From: Hormiphora californensis
Taxonomy: Eukaryota > Animalia > Ctenophora
Direction: 5' to 3'
NCBI GenBank assembly: GCA_020137815.1
Contig: CM035357.1
Coordinates: 7,812,001-7,876,000 of the forward strand
Length of the DNA stretch: 64,000 nucleotides
The position numbers and the translations under genes were made by a program. Below the pieces are notes generated by a model that did not search any database, was not told the origin of the DNA, and was given only the letters and a program-made list of their open reading frames with translations. Of the stretch, positions 48,868 through 61,750 are shown one piece after another. The first letter of the stretch is position 1; each line of letters starts with the position of its first letter.

Positions 48868-50886
48868 ATGCGTTCGTTTGTTTTTGTGTTGGCTCTGATC
48901 GCACAGGGGTAAGTGAGATATTCTCATTGTGTTTGATTTTTCTAGTAGTTTTTTAGCTGGTTACGGAAAACATTCTTCCCTTCTAAGGTGGTGTGCCTGG
49001 CGGGAGGCAGCCCAAGGAATCCAGAAGGGTTTGTTCGGACCCGAAGGTAGAGGTCTTCAATTCTCTAAAACCCAGAGTTTATTAGCAGCACCGGGCCAAG
49101 GAGGAGCATACTACAGACACAGAGACAGAGATAGTAGCCTTCCTAATATTGAACCTTGTCAGGGTGAGTGAATTGCATAGCTGACCTCCATGGCAGCGCC
49201 AACCCGAGAATTAAAACGGGGTTTGGCGGCTGACTACCGGCTATAATACTGGAGAATTATGTAATTTACAGACCCCAAAACATGTTCTCAATCCTTCTCT
49301 CAGCTGTTAAATGCCACATGACATTGGTAGTGGCCCTTGACTCCTCCGGGAGCGTGGGACTGGAAAACTTTAATAAGGAGCTGAATTTTCTTAGGACTCT
49401 ACTCGAGATTGTAAGTCCCGGCCCCTACTCCACCAAATCTTGTGTATGGAGAGTTATCAATCACTCATAAAACACACTTTTGACTTAGATGTCGACTATT
49501 CACTAGCACTGTTGAACGAAACACATAACAATTTTAATTTTGTAACAACTTACTGATTCTAACTTCCTATATTTCAGGTTCAAATGAAGTCCTCAACGAA
49601 TGGTGTGAAGGTGTGTGTAGGAGTGATAAGTTACTCGACATCCGTGAGGGTAATTGACAACCCATGCTGTGAAAACACCCTCTGCAGGTAACACTGATCT
49701 TCAAGTCAATACATTGATTCCATAGTTACACTCTATTATAGTCAAGTACAAAATATGGCCTTTCTTCTTAGCTGTCTTTCTCTTCATTGCAGGATATTTG
49801 ATCAAACAGGTTCAGTTCCCTACGATGGTGGTTCTACAAACACTGCCGGTGCTTTAAAGGTAAGCGGTAAGGTGCCACACTACTACATTATAGGCGGGGG
49901 TTCTCTCTGGTTTGGCAGAATTAGAACATCCTCTAAAATGTTCCTGTTTCTCAGGTAGCCAGGCAGATGCTCCAGGCAACATCAAGTTACAAGAGGATTC
50001 TTCTCCTCATAACAGATGGAAGATCAAACACTGGCGGATCTCCAATTAGCTTTGCTCAACAAATGAGGTATAAAGGTAGAAGAAAGATAAAGAAGAAGTT
50101 GATGAATATTAAAGAGAGCCGATTGAGGGGGATTTTGCTCGACTTAGGGTAATCATTAAGTTTTAGAAAATAGAGCCCAAACTAAAGTGTTTAATAACAC
50201 AGGGATGAGGACGAGATATCTATAGTGGCACTGGGAGTAACGGACAATATCAGAGAATCCGAGTTACAGGGAATCTCAGGAGAGGATGAAGTTCTACAGA
50301 TTGATTCCTTTGACGAGTTTCACGAGTTAGCTGAATTCCTCATCTCAGCAAGTATGCTTCAATTAGTACAATCAATTGTGTCAAGATTGTAGTGAGACCT
50401 TTCGCCCCCTCGTCCCCTTATTAAATTACGATTCTTAATTTTCAGATATCTTGGAAGATGATCCTGACATGCACTTCGCCGAGATCTGCACTGAAGATAC
50501 CAGTGTTTGTAAGTAGATAATTGTAGTGAAATTAGTGAATGTACCATCATAATATAATATATCTGTAACTCTACGTTTCAGTTGATCATTGTCAGACTAC
50601 TATGACAGCTGGTAGAACTAGCACGTCGTGTTTATGGAAGGATGCTACTGAATGTGAAAGGAATGTGAGAGGATCTGGATATATCCCATCTCACTTGGTG
50701 ACGCAGCGTGGCAAACGAAGCCCGCGAAGGCATCACCACCCATCTCACAGAGTACGGTTCTGTACTAAGATGGTGATCTGTCAATCTTCTGCTGGTGACA
50801 TTGTTGATTCCAAAACTGAAGCTTGTCAATGTCCAACTCCATATGTGAAAACCAGTCAAATACAAAGCAGGTGGCCGTATAAGTAG
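48868..50886 (+). CDS. Secreted single-vWA-domain protein with Cys-rich C-terminus (about 9 exons)
   Basis: Signal peptide MRSFVFVLALIAQGWC. Spliced vWA: LVVALDSSGSVG (intact MIDAS), VGVISYS, YDGGSTNTAGAL, ILLLITDGRSN, IVALGV..SELQGISG. All exons GT-AG. Confidence 0.8.
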
Positions 50887-51094
50887 AAGTACCTTGATCT
50901 ACCGAACCCTCACAGTGCTTTATGAAATAAGTTACAGACCTAGAGCCAATAAAATGACGATCCATGTTGGTGAACATTTATATTAATATTTTTAAATACA
51001 CTTCTAACATAAACATCTCATTTGTAGTCATTTCGTGAGTCCAATCCATTTCCCTTGTACTGAGATCTGAACTAAATTAACACCTGACACATGA

Positions 51095-52159
51095 TTATAA
51101 TATGGTATTAACGGAGTCTATGCTAACGAGGGTGGGAGAGGAAAGGGTCTTCATTGTGATTGTCTCTGGTTCAGATTGTTGTGCAGGTGACTTCTTCATG
51201 CACCCTGATCTTATCTCCATCCTCAACCACTCTTGAAATGAGGTCGTCCTGCAGAAGAAAACAATACCATTTACAGTTGAGTTCGCTGCCACGCAAACGT
51301 TGTTTATCGTTAAGACGATCCACAAGTATACTAGGAAGTTGCCCTCTTTTTTGCCGATAAACTCTCCCCAGTTTATAATAGTGAGGTCTTCATCCAGAGG
51401 AATTCCAATTTGCACTAGCAGCTCATTCAAATCGTACAGGAAGAGAGGTAGATTGAAGACTATGTACACCAGGGTAAGAATTAATATCGTTTTAGTGCCA
51501 GCACGGTGTATAGGTCGTGTCTCCCTTCGCAGGAACCAAACCGCCACCACACAAGAAACACAAATGGGCAGGAAGGGGACCATGAAACCAGTTAGATTCA
51601 TCAGTCCTAGAGTTATCAGGCTGACTGGGTGACTGAAACCAATTTTTTCTTGGAGCTGGGTCATGATCATCGTGGATCGGTGCATTCTGGGGCTGTAAAC
51701 GGTGTACACTTTGTAGTAGAACCGGACAGTTTGAATGCCTGCTATGACGGTAGTGAACACCCCAATAACCACTAGGAGGGTCCTCTTGGAGACAGGGATA
51801 GAGAATGGTCTGACCAGGGCCCGGGTCCTCAGAATACTCTGTGTCCCGATCAGGAACACGGACAATCTAGCAAAGACCTGCCAGGTGAAATACCATGTTT
51901 CCCTAAACCAGAAGGCATCATAGCACATGGGTGCACTCTCATTCCACACACTGAGAATGACAGGGAAAAGAAGTGCAGAAATGATGAAGTCTACAGCGTT
52001 TATGATAGTGAAGAGAAGGCTTGTCACGGTTCGGCGGGGTCTTGTCCAGTTGTAAATGAAGAGCAGGGCGTTTATAACTGTTCCGATGGTAAAGCAGGCC
52101 GTTTCACAAGTTCCTGAGTAGATGAGGGGCCCTTTGAAGTATGTGTAGTTGAAACCCAT
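51095..52159 (-). CDS. Intronless orphan class A (rhodopsin-like) GPCR
   Basis: 354 aa with seven hydrophobic segments: GTVIN (TM1), NAVD (TM2), SILRT..LVRPF (TM3), YIVFNLP (TM6), NSTVNGIVFF (TM7). Confidence 0.85.
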   Translation of the reverse strand: MGFNYTYFKGPLIYSGTCETACFTIGTVINALLFIYNWTRPRRTVTSLLFTIINAVDFIISALLFPVILSVWNESAPMCYDAFWFRETWYFTWQVFARLSVFLIGTQSILRTRALVRPFSIPVSKRTLLVVIGVFTTVIAGIQTVRFYYKVYTVYSPRMHRSTMIMTQLQEKIGFSHPVSLITLGLMNLTGFMVPFLPICVSCVVAVWFLRRETRPIHRAGTKTILILTLVYIVFNLPLFLYDLNELLVQIGIPLDEDLTIINWGEFIGKKEGNFLVYLWIVLTINNVCVAANSTVNGIVFFCRTTSFQEWLRMEIRSGCMKKSPAQQSEPETITMKTLSSPTLVSIDSVNTIL

Positions 52160-52642
52160 GGTCTAAAAAAAGGATGGAGTTTCGTATTTTTTACATGAAA
52201 ATATTTAAAATAAACCATGGATAAAATTATCCAAAAAATAAATATCATGGACTCATCTGCAGCAGTTTATGAGTTCAGAGTTTAGCTGGGAATAAGGAAA
52301 CAGATTGACATTTGACAGCTTTGGAAGTTGATCGCAAGGGAACTATTTTTAGGAACAGCAAACACCTGAACAGCTGTTCATTCCTTGCCGTGAGGAGTAA
52401 TCGAAAAACTATTAAAGCTAGCTCAAATGTTCATCAGCTAGTAAGTCATGAAATGCTCTCAGCTGTGTGCAATGGCAGATCATGCAACGACAGAAAAATG
52501 ACGAGCTTTAAACCACTATTCACTCGAACAAAGAGTCTATCGCTGACATGGCTAATGAAGAAAGTGTGGCCCAAGTTTTTTGTGAGTTGATTAATAAGAG
52601 AGAGAATAAGGATCGGTTGATTGTTTATTAGCCGCATATCAG

Positions 52643-52778
52643 TGAGGAAGTTTTGTTTTCTCCTTCCGGCTGGACAAATGAGTAGACGTAGATTTTATTG
52701 TAGAATAACGCGTTATTCTACAATAAAATCTACGTCTACTCATTTGTCCAGCCGGAAGGAGAAAACAAAACTTCCTCA
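52643..52778. repeat. Perfect spacer-less 136-bp palindrome
   Basis: Centre AATAACG|CGTTATT at 52710/52711. TTGATTAATAAG is repeated at 52587-52598 and 52779-52790. Confidence 0.9.
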
Positions 52779-53596
52779 TTGATTAATAAGGTTCCAAAGA
52801 TTGGGCCATGTACCCGCCCCCTTAGAAGGTCTTTTCAAATCAGTAGTATTACAAGGTATTTTCAAATCAGCAATGCTGCAGCTGCATGACCTTTTTTAAT
52901 TAAACTAACCACTATCACACAATTAAAGATACGTGGAACAGGGGCCAGGCTCCTGCTAGTCTGAATAAGATTGGTATAACTGGATTGCTGGTATCCATGG
53001 TCCCTGCGTGAGCAAGTACTATCACTAATTGATGTACATGTGCTGCAGTGTGTTCTAGAGAGTAAGAGAGCAGCAGCAGGTGGTATAGAGCCCATCTGCA
53101 CTGATTAGAATTTCATGGGCGGAGAGAAGATCTAGGCATGTTGTATACTAGTATTACCACCTAGTTGTGACAACAACATTGCGTTGAGGAAATTATCTTG
53201 CCTCAATAATATTCAAAAAAGCAACAGTGTTCAATATTTTTGTTGTTAACATAATATAAAGAGTCCAGACCCGATATCAGTATTCGTGTATAGAAAACAA
53301 TATAGCGACCATGACACCTGTTTTATTGGAAAACAATAGTTCAGGATTCTATCAGGGGGGTAGAAAAATATGGACTGCCTGTTAAACGTATAAAATGTGG
53401 ATGGAGAGATGTTAAATTTCTGTCCCAGGTGTTAGTTCGTCATAAGATAGATGGCAATTGAATGATACCCCGAAGCCAAGACTGTGAAAAAAGTTTCACA
53501 AAAGAATGGAAACTCAATCTAGCTAACTAAAAGGCGGTTTTTTGTCGGTTCTTGAAGAACAGCTATACAACAGTGTTAGATTTAGTTGTTAATTAA

Positions 53597-54995
53597 GGGT
53601 ACGCTAACCAAAAATTTTTTTCGAGTGCAGGGAAATCTCTCACCGTAGGGTTGTAGGCCATGCCAAGGAGACCTCAAATATGCAATTTGAGCTCTCAAGT
53701 CGAATTCATATTTTTGCTACAGCTGTTTAAAAAATGTCCTGTAAATACGTTTTTGGCATCTCAAAAAAATTTTTTAAAGATAGGAGCATGAAAATTTGGG
53801 GATTTGAAGAGGACATGAAGGTGAATAACCACAAAAAATTTTTTTGTAATCCGAGCTGATTTCCGGTCCTGAGATGGATTTCTTTTTTTCCACGCCCTAT
53901 TTGGCCCTATTTGGCAAAGTTCCGAAAACATGTGAAAGCTGTAAATTGGTGAAAAGTTGCGTCTAACGATTATCTAAGTGGCCATAAATTTTGGGCGTGT
54001 CCTTATTTGAGATAAGCTGTACAGAGTTTTTTTTGTGAAAGCTGTCATTTCAGAAATAAATAAATTCCCTGTATCTCAAAAACGGCTGATCGTAGAGACC
54101 TGAGACTATGCTTAAACGATTCAGAAGGTCCGATTTTGGGGGGGTCTTCTGAGAGACATTTTGCTCATACTTCAACCGTTTTTGCTGTAATTGCGAAAAA
54201 CAAAACCCATCTTCGCCATCGTGGATTTTTTTGTGATTTTGTTTTTGGTGATTATAGGGACCCATATGGACCAAATAGTGAAGGAATTAGCTTGTTACAC
54301 ATTTTTCCATAGTTTCGGTCCTTTCTTAGCTAAAATTCCCTAATTACAGGATATTGGATTTTAGCTTTTGCCCTTTCCATAGAATTTGTTTTTCGCAATT
54401 ACAGCAAAAACGGTTGAAGTAGGAGCAAAATGTCTCTCAGAAGACCCCCCCCCCCCCAAAATCGGACCTTCTGAATCGTTTAAGCATAGTCTCAGGTCTC
54501 TACGATCAGCCGTTTTTGAGATACAGGGAATTTATTTATTTCTGAAATGACGGCTTACACAAAAAAAACTCTGTACAGCTTATCTCAAATAAGGACACGC
54601 CCAAAATTTATGGCCACTTAGATAATCGTTAGACGCAACTTTTCACCAATTTACAGCTTTCACATGTTTTCGGAACTTTGCCAAATAGGGCGTTAAAGTG
54701 GAAAAAAAGAAATCCATCTCATGACCGGAAATCAGCTCGGATTGCAAAAAAATTTTTTGTGGTTATTCACCTTCATGTCCTCTTCAAATCCCCAAATTTT
54801 CATGCTCCTATCTTTAAAAAAAATTTTTTGAGATGCCAAAAACGTATTTACAGGACATTTTTTAAACATCTGTAGCAAAAATATGAATTCGACTTGAGAG
54901 CTCAAATTGCATATTTGAGGTCTCCTTGGCATGGCCTACAACCCTACGGTGAGAGATTTCCCTGCACTCGAAAAAAATTTTTGGTTAGCGTACCC
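53597..54995. mobile_element. Foldback non-autonomous DNA transposon, TTAA target duplication; diverged relative of 15211-16513
   Basis: ttaa|GGGTACGC...GCGTACCC|ttaa, arms of about 610-625 bp. Shares internal blocks with the first element (AAGTCGAATTCATATTTTTGCTACAGC; TTCAGAAGGTCCGATTTTGGGGGGGTCTTCTGAGAGACATTTTGCTC). Confidence 0.9.
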
Positions 54996-55185
54996 TTAAC
55001 AACAAAAAAGAAACGGCGACACGCTATTTGATCTAGTTAGAAACATCGGATCAACAGTGGGTATAACAGCTGTTGATACCCCTCTCCTCTGGTAGATCAC
55101 ACAGGAAAGATGGCAGTAACAATGGGGACGATTTATAGTAGCAGGGAACATGTTCCTATCCAGCTTCCGACACAAGAATTGTTAC

Positions 55186-55364
55186 TAAAGTCGGATTTTT
55201 TGAAGTTTTCACCCTCTCTCTCTTCTCGTGTGGCGTGTGCTGTCAGGCCAATGCTCTGACAGGGCGTGTGCGGATGTGTTTTGCATGCCTATCCTATGGT
55301 CAACAAGTAATAAATATCTCGCACGCACGAGTTTGGGGTGATAACTTCAACAAATCCGACTTTA
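55186..55364. mobile_element. Small MITE-like inverted-repeat element
   Basis: TAAAGTCGGATTT..TGAAGTT.TCACCC / GGGTGATAACTTCA..AAATCCGACTTTA terminal inverted repeats. Confidence 0.5.
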
Positions 55365-55695
55365 TTCTACCAATGGAAACAAACCATTTTCTACGTCAAA
55401 ATGTTATAACTTAAATTTTACTGGTTAATTTCGTTCAAATTGTTAGTTACTTTCTCTCTCTCAGATTAAATTCTCTTAATTTTCTCAGGAAAAATTCAAT
55501 GTACAGACTCTTGTGTCTAAAATTCTCACGCTCTGAGGGCTTGAAGGATATATACACACTTCCGGACACATATTATGCACGATCCTACAGTTCTTGTAGC
55601 CACATGTCCACCTCTCTCTCCCTCTCTTTGTGTCTCTCTCCCTCCTTCCTCCTTTGATCAGGTTCTATAACTCACAATCCCTTGCAATTCATCAC

Positions 55696-58600
55696 TCACT
55701 TTGTGATTTCGAACATATTATTGAATCCTCCGTATACCAAATCAGAGTCGGTGCACCTTACAATCACCTTGTGCGTTCCTTTCTCCGTGGGGCTTGCTCG
55801 GACCTTATAGATACAGTCCTGCACGGTCGTCTTGGTGTCCACCAATTTCTTGCCAGGCCCGAGGACCTTGACGGCGGGGGGCTGGCTGGGTCCACACACT
55901 GCTGCGAGGGCCTTGAACCTCTGGGCGTACTTCAGCTTAAGATCAATGAAGTCATCAACAGAGCTCTTAGCAGGGGCCTGCAGAGACATCCTGGTGACCT
56001 GAATTTCCACCCTTCGTCGATCATTAGCGAATACTCCCACGTTGTGGGTGTGGACCTTGGGAGTGAAGGGTTTTCCCTTGTTGAGGGTCTCCTCTCCGTA
56101 CTTGACAGCGAGTTTGTAGTTGTTGTGCAGGGGAACATCATACTTCACGTGGAACAGACCCTTCTTAGGCTCCGTGATGGTAGGCTGGGGTTTGTATTCT
56201 CCGGTACCCACTCCCTGGATGTCCACCACGAGTTTCTCCTCTCCCGCCTCCCGGGCATCAACAGTGAAATCAGTATCGAAACCACACAGGTTGCCAGTCG
56301 GCTCAATACCAGGCCCGTAAACCTTGATGGCCTTGAGTCCTCGGGCCTTTAGGGGCACTGGGCACTTGGGGGCGGCTACACCCTCGCACTCAGCGACGAA
56401 GAGGTAGTCTCCAGCCTTATCAGGGGTGAATGACACCTTGAAAACACCATCATCACTCTCCTCAATGTCCAGGGCGATTGGTCGACCGTCAGGTCCGACT
56501 ACGAGGAGCTCCAGATCGGCAGGGCTGTCTCCACTCTGTCCTGAGGTGTCCTTCTCCCTGATCACGACATCTCCAGTCATTGCTCTACTGGCATCAATAG
56601 TCATCCTGCACTCTTCTCCAACCTGAAAGATGGATAAGTATTAAACATACTTCAACTGTTGTTTATATCAAATAAAATATCATATTTCTGAACAAATGTA
56701 CCTTGAGAGGTTTGTTGCTGTTAAGACCATCTCCAAAGATATTGAGTCTATCTAGCTTGAGTCTGGGCTCGGCAGCCACCTTGAACTCGCCAACAGGCTG
56801 TCCAGCAAACTTCACATCAATAACATAATCACCCTCCTTCTTAGGAGTGAATGTGAACTCATCCAGACCTAGAATGATTTATGTGTTAGAGAAGAAACAA
56901 ACAAAATAAAACGTTTCTTATAATCAAAAGTTGGAGATTTTACCATGATCGTTTTGGTCGTAGTCGAAGTCCATCTCCTTGCCCTGGTCGTCCAGGATCC
57001 TGACCTTGAGGTCACCATAACCAGCCTCCTTGGAGTCAATCTTGAAGATAGAGGGCTGCCCAATTCTGATATTTCCAGTTCCAATGTCAACCTTAACCTT
57101 GTCAGGCTCACTCTCGGGGCGGACCTTCACGACGTAAGGTCCAGTTGGGACGGGGACCTTGCCGTATACCAGGTTGACAGTGTAGCTACCAACTTCACTG
57201 GGACTAATCTTTAGGGTGTGATGACCCTTATCGTCATCATCATGGACATGCTTCACAACCTGTGTGGGGAGTGGGGTTACAGGCATCTTGAAATAGCTCT
57301 ATTTATGCAAATATGCCCCAGGAATTCATAAGTAGCCTAATTTTGAATAAATGACCTAAAATTAGAGGAGAAAGTTGTCCGTGAGAGGAGGTGAGAACAG
57401 ACAAATGCACACACACAGACTCCTAAAACCAAGTTAATTCAAATAGGTTTGTTTACTAACCTAACTCGTTTTAAACTTTTCCACACTACTTTAAACAAAT
57501 TAATCTGAGTTATGAAGCAGGCGTAGACGCCGAAGCTGTCAACAAACGTGTACAATTCATTCGAGGTTCATCATGCTATGTACTACAACCTAACTCCCAT
57601 CAAATTTATTTCAAGGTGAAATCTGTTTACCTTTCCAGTTGGTGAAATGATGGTGGCCTCGAGTTTGCCCTCTCCAGCAGCTGAGGTATCAATATCAAAG
57701 ACAGGGTTATCGCCTATCCTTATAGTCTGGGCTGTGATGGGGAACGTTTTAGCTGGGTATTTCAAATGCAAAATTCATTTTGAAATAAACACATTTTAAG
57801 ACGGAGCAACCTTCAGAAGCTAAGTTAGAACTTACCAAGTCCAGAAATCTTGACCTTGGACGCATCAACCTTGGGTGCGATCTTCACCTTGTAGGGTGAG
57901 TTAGGTAGCGGCATGCCACCAAAGTTCACTGCAACATTGAACATTCCGAATTTGGGGACCTTGTATGTAACATACTGCTCTCCCTTTCCATCCTGCTCAA
58001 CATTGAAGGGCACCGGCTGACTGTCCGGTCCCACGATCTCAACTTTAGGCTCCGCGGGGCCAGCCTCAGCATAGTTGATCTTGAACCAGGCCTTCTCGTC
58101 GGGTAGAATGTCTTCACCGGTCAGACCAGGACCTTCGCAGATAACCTTCTTAGGATCAACCTTGTTCCGGGGTCCGTCTCCGTAGATGTTCACGGCGAAG
58201 GGAGCCTTTGGTACATCAACTCCACAGAATGTCACATTGACAACGTACTCTCCTTCATCCTGAATGAAGGTAAGTTTAGTCAGCATCACCATAGCGACAC
58301 AATGCAGTAGCCATGGTAACCATTATAAGTACCTTGGGCATGTAGGATCCAGTGTAGATTCCGGGTGTGTCTGTCTGTGTGTATTCTACCTTGATGGGAT
58401 CGCTACCCTCAGGTCCATCCACAATCACCTTCACCTCACCAACACCACACTTACTGGCATCCACTTCAAAGGTAGCGGGCTTACCGGGAAGAAGTCCAAC
58501 CCCTGATACTCCAGGACCTCGAACAATTGCCTGCGAGGTACACACAATTATTTTAGGAATCATATTAAAGTTAGAGTATTGGGGGAAATCATAACGTGGC

Positions 58601-60750
58601 TCCAAACAAGGCTTTCAATTCTTAAACCTACCCGATTGGGATATACAACAGGGGCTCCCTCCTTGACCTTACAATCCAGGAATCCTGACAGATAGGTCAT
58701 GTTGGACAAATCGTCCGCCTGGAAGAAACAAGATGTTAGATAATTGATGAAAACAGCTGTTATACAATTATCCTAATAATATGATAAACTAATTCAAATG
58801 ATTCTCGTTATACTTACACTAGCACTGGTCATGTCCTCTGCCGCCAGAAGTTTGGGGATGTCCATCCAGGTTTCAGCAAGGTCCATTGCAAGAGCACAGT
58901 TAGCTACCCGATCATCAGGGTTCATTTTCGTGTGATGAGGAATGAGCCCAGGAGCAATACAGTTCACCAAACACGCCAACAATGTTCCGTCCGCCCAGTC
59001 GGTTGTGAAGTTCTTAGCCTTCCTACCACTAGGTTTCAGTTTTATGTTGATTTGGTTGAGAAGCTTCTTTTTGGCGCCACCACCACTGTTGTCATCCTTG
59101 AGGTTGGCTGCAATCTGTGGGTGAAAAGGAGGAGTATTTAGCACAAAATATGCAGTAAGTTGGACGTGGACGTGACCTAACTGTAGGAATGATAACGGGC
59201 ATCAGAAAGAAAATACCACTCTGAGAATTAACCAGAGCCCCGTTGTAAAAAACATCCCTTGTTAGTTACCTGATAGTTGAAAATGAGGGTCCAGATGAGT
59301 CCCAGGGTGAGTTTCATGTTTCCCTGGATAATATCCGTACTGTCAATATTCACAATTTTAATTCCCTCCCCCTTCATAAACTTGAATGTGGCCATGATGT
59401 TCTCCATCTTTTGGGCGTTTATCTTGGGTTTCTTCGTGAAATGCCTACAGAAATAGATGTTTCAAGTCCTATATCCAGTTCTGGCTTGAAAACATAAATT
59501 GATTGATGACAACAAAGTATGATCAAGTTGTGATCGACTTACTGGCCGATTGATTTATGTGATAATATCTCGAGAAGGTTGATAAGAGCAAGACCATCTC
59601 CTAAATCTTCCGTCAGATCTTCGACCTCTAATTTCCGATGTTTCAAATGTTCGTTGATCCACCGTTTGAAGGTTTTCTCCTGGATTCGAATCCAGCCCAC
59701 ATTCTCACTGAAACAAATGTTACATTATGTGAGGTTGCATTTTAACTTGCATAAGGCTAGGTCGACACGAATTTCGAACAGGAACTAATTAGATAGACAG
59801 TCACACACGTGTAGACAAACATTTTGCGTCTGTATTTTGCTGTGTAATCCAGCCTCCCGCTACCGGAAATTTTACGGATTCGGAGCTCTGAGTCATTCCT
59901 ATTCCCTGGTATAAAACTCTCTCTCTCTCACAGGACTCTCTCCATCTGTTGACACTTACACATTATACATACAGGCACACTTTACGTAAACTCGGTGTCT
60001 CTATGGTTTTATTCGATTTGACTAAACACATTAGAACTCTGGAGCTCTCCGGCTGTGTGTGTTCCTACAAGAAAGTCACGACATAGTCGGGGGTGAAGTT
60101 GGACTAGCTGGTTTACCATGACATTTAGTTCCCGATAATAGTGAACTCTAAATACATTGAGCTAATCCGTTAACTATAAACAGTGATGAACTTATGTAGA
60201 GCGTTACCTGGATGAATCAATGAACTATAATATAATTAAAACCAAGAGTCAGGATGAACTAAAGAATTCATTCCAGGACTGGTGATTGGGCAAATTACCG
60301 ATGTCGAAGGTGTGACAGATATGGAAGAGTCGTATCATTACCGCAGACAATACTTTGACACAGACAAATGTAGCGAGGAAAGCTCTCTGCAGCTTTATGT
60401 GTGTGGGAAGCCTAGTAGTGACTGTAAAAGGAATTTGAAACATCGCAGTGCAAATTCTAGAAAATAGCCTCAGCGGATTGTAAAGAAAGGCACGTCTCAC
60501 TTAACAATCAAGGAACATTACAAAAGGTTTTAAATTGCAAAGTTAGATCGTTAATGAACAATCTGGTTCTGGTTCTTAACAGTTTATTCAGGCTAATTGT
60601 TAGCAGTGTGTGTCAGCTTGTGGTTTTACCTGATAAGTGATAACAATCAGGGAACATTACAAACAGTTTAACTTCATGAGCAGTGTGACATTACCTGATA
60701 ACATCGTCTAGATAGCACTGTCTCTCATCTTCATTGACTTGTTGGGTCAT
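55696..60750 (-). CDS. FLN: Short filamin: tandem CH actin-binding domain plus about 7 filamin repeats (about 11 coding exons)
   Basis: CH1: WIRIQEKTFKRWINEHL..LGDGLALINLLE..IVNIDSTDIIQGNMKLTLGLIWTLI. CH2: KNFTTDWADGTLLACLVN. Repeats: DPKKVICEGPGL..SPYKVKI, DASKVKISGL, IKVYGPGI. ATG 60750 splices in frame to 59707. Upstream exons are possible. Confidence 0.9.
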
Positions 60751-61665
60751 CGTTTCAACTTGTCCTGAGACAAAACAAATCTTTAGAAAATGTTTGAAAA
60801 TAAGGAAACTGACAATAAAAAAAAGTTTCAGAAGAACTAGATGACTCTCTCGCTCACAACCATTCAATAGCTCGCAATTCACTATTCACAGTCTAAGAAA
60901 CTATATAACTCGCAATTCACAGTAGTTTCAGCAAATCCTATAAAAGCAGTGTGTTGTTATGTAGGAGTAGTATTAGGAAACCCTACAATCAATAAGTTGT
61001 AGTACAAGCCTGAAAGTACACACTAGCTATCTCTCTCGGAGAGTGCATAATATAGAGGCGCAAGGTTTGGGAGTCACGTGATAGCTACATAAACACGTGG
61101 TTACCTCCAGTGACAAGCCAGTGGCCTACACCATAATGCAATCACACGAGGGAGAGAGAAAGAGAGAGAACAAAGAGAGAGACAATATATAGTGGTTGAA
61201 GAAGGCAGGAAGGGTAGACAGTGACTGGAACAGTGACTCTGTACCTCATACACATATTGGGTAGTGTATAAAAAGCTGTTAATTCGATGTGTATTACAAG
61301 GGGGACACCATCACAAAGTTATTTTATGCTCAAAGAGAATTGCTTGTTGGCGGGATGGTGCAACTTTTGTGAGGTCAGAGCAGCGTGTACATTGTTGGAG
61401 CTTTTCCTGTACCTAGTGGTTCCACCATGCAATGCCTCAACACCGAATAGGGATATTATATGTGAGCGTACAGGCTCGTAGATGCACGGGCAGGAATTAA
61501 TTCGAGTGTAAAAAAAGAGAAACGTTTTACATGATTCCCTAGACCTTAATTTATACAATGCATAAAATGGACAGCCAAAGAAAGTCTTTTAGAGGTTAGC
61601 AAAATGAGAACGCACTCGTACACACAGTCACAGGCAAGTAATTGAATGTGTTCTCAACTACCTAC

Positions 61666-61668
<3 letters not shown>

Positions 61669-61719
<51 letters not shown>

Positions 61720-61750
61720 CCTCTCTCTCCCTCTCTCTTCTTTCTCTTTG
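61669..61750. repeat. (CT)n microsatellite
   Basis: Directly visible. Confidence 0.9.

Noticed and set aside
55630-56352. 240-aa plus-strand ORF
   Set aside because: Antisense shadow of the filamin last exon; no recognisable motifs.
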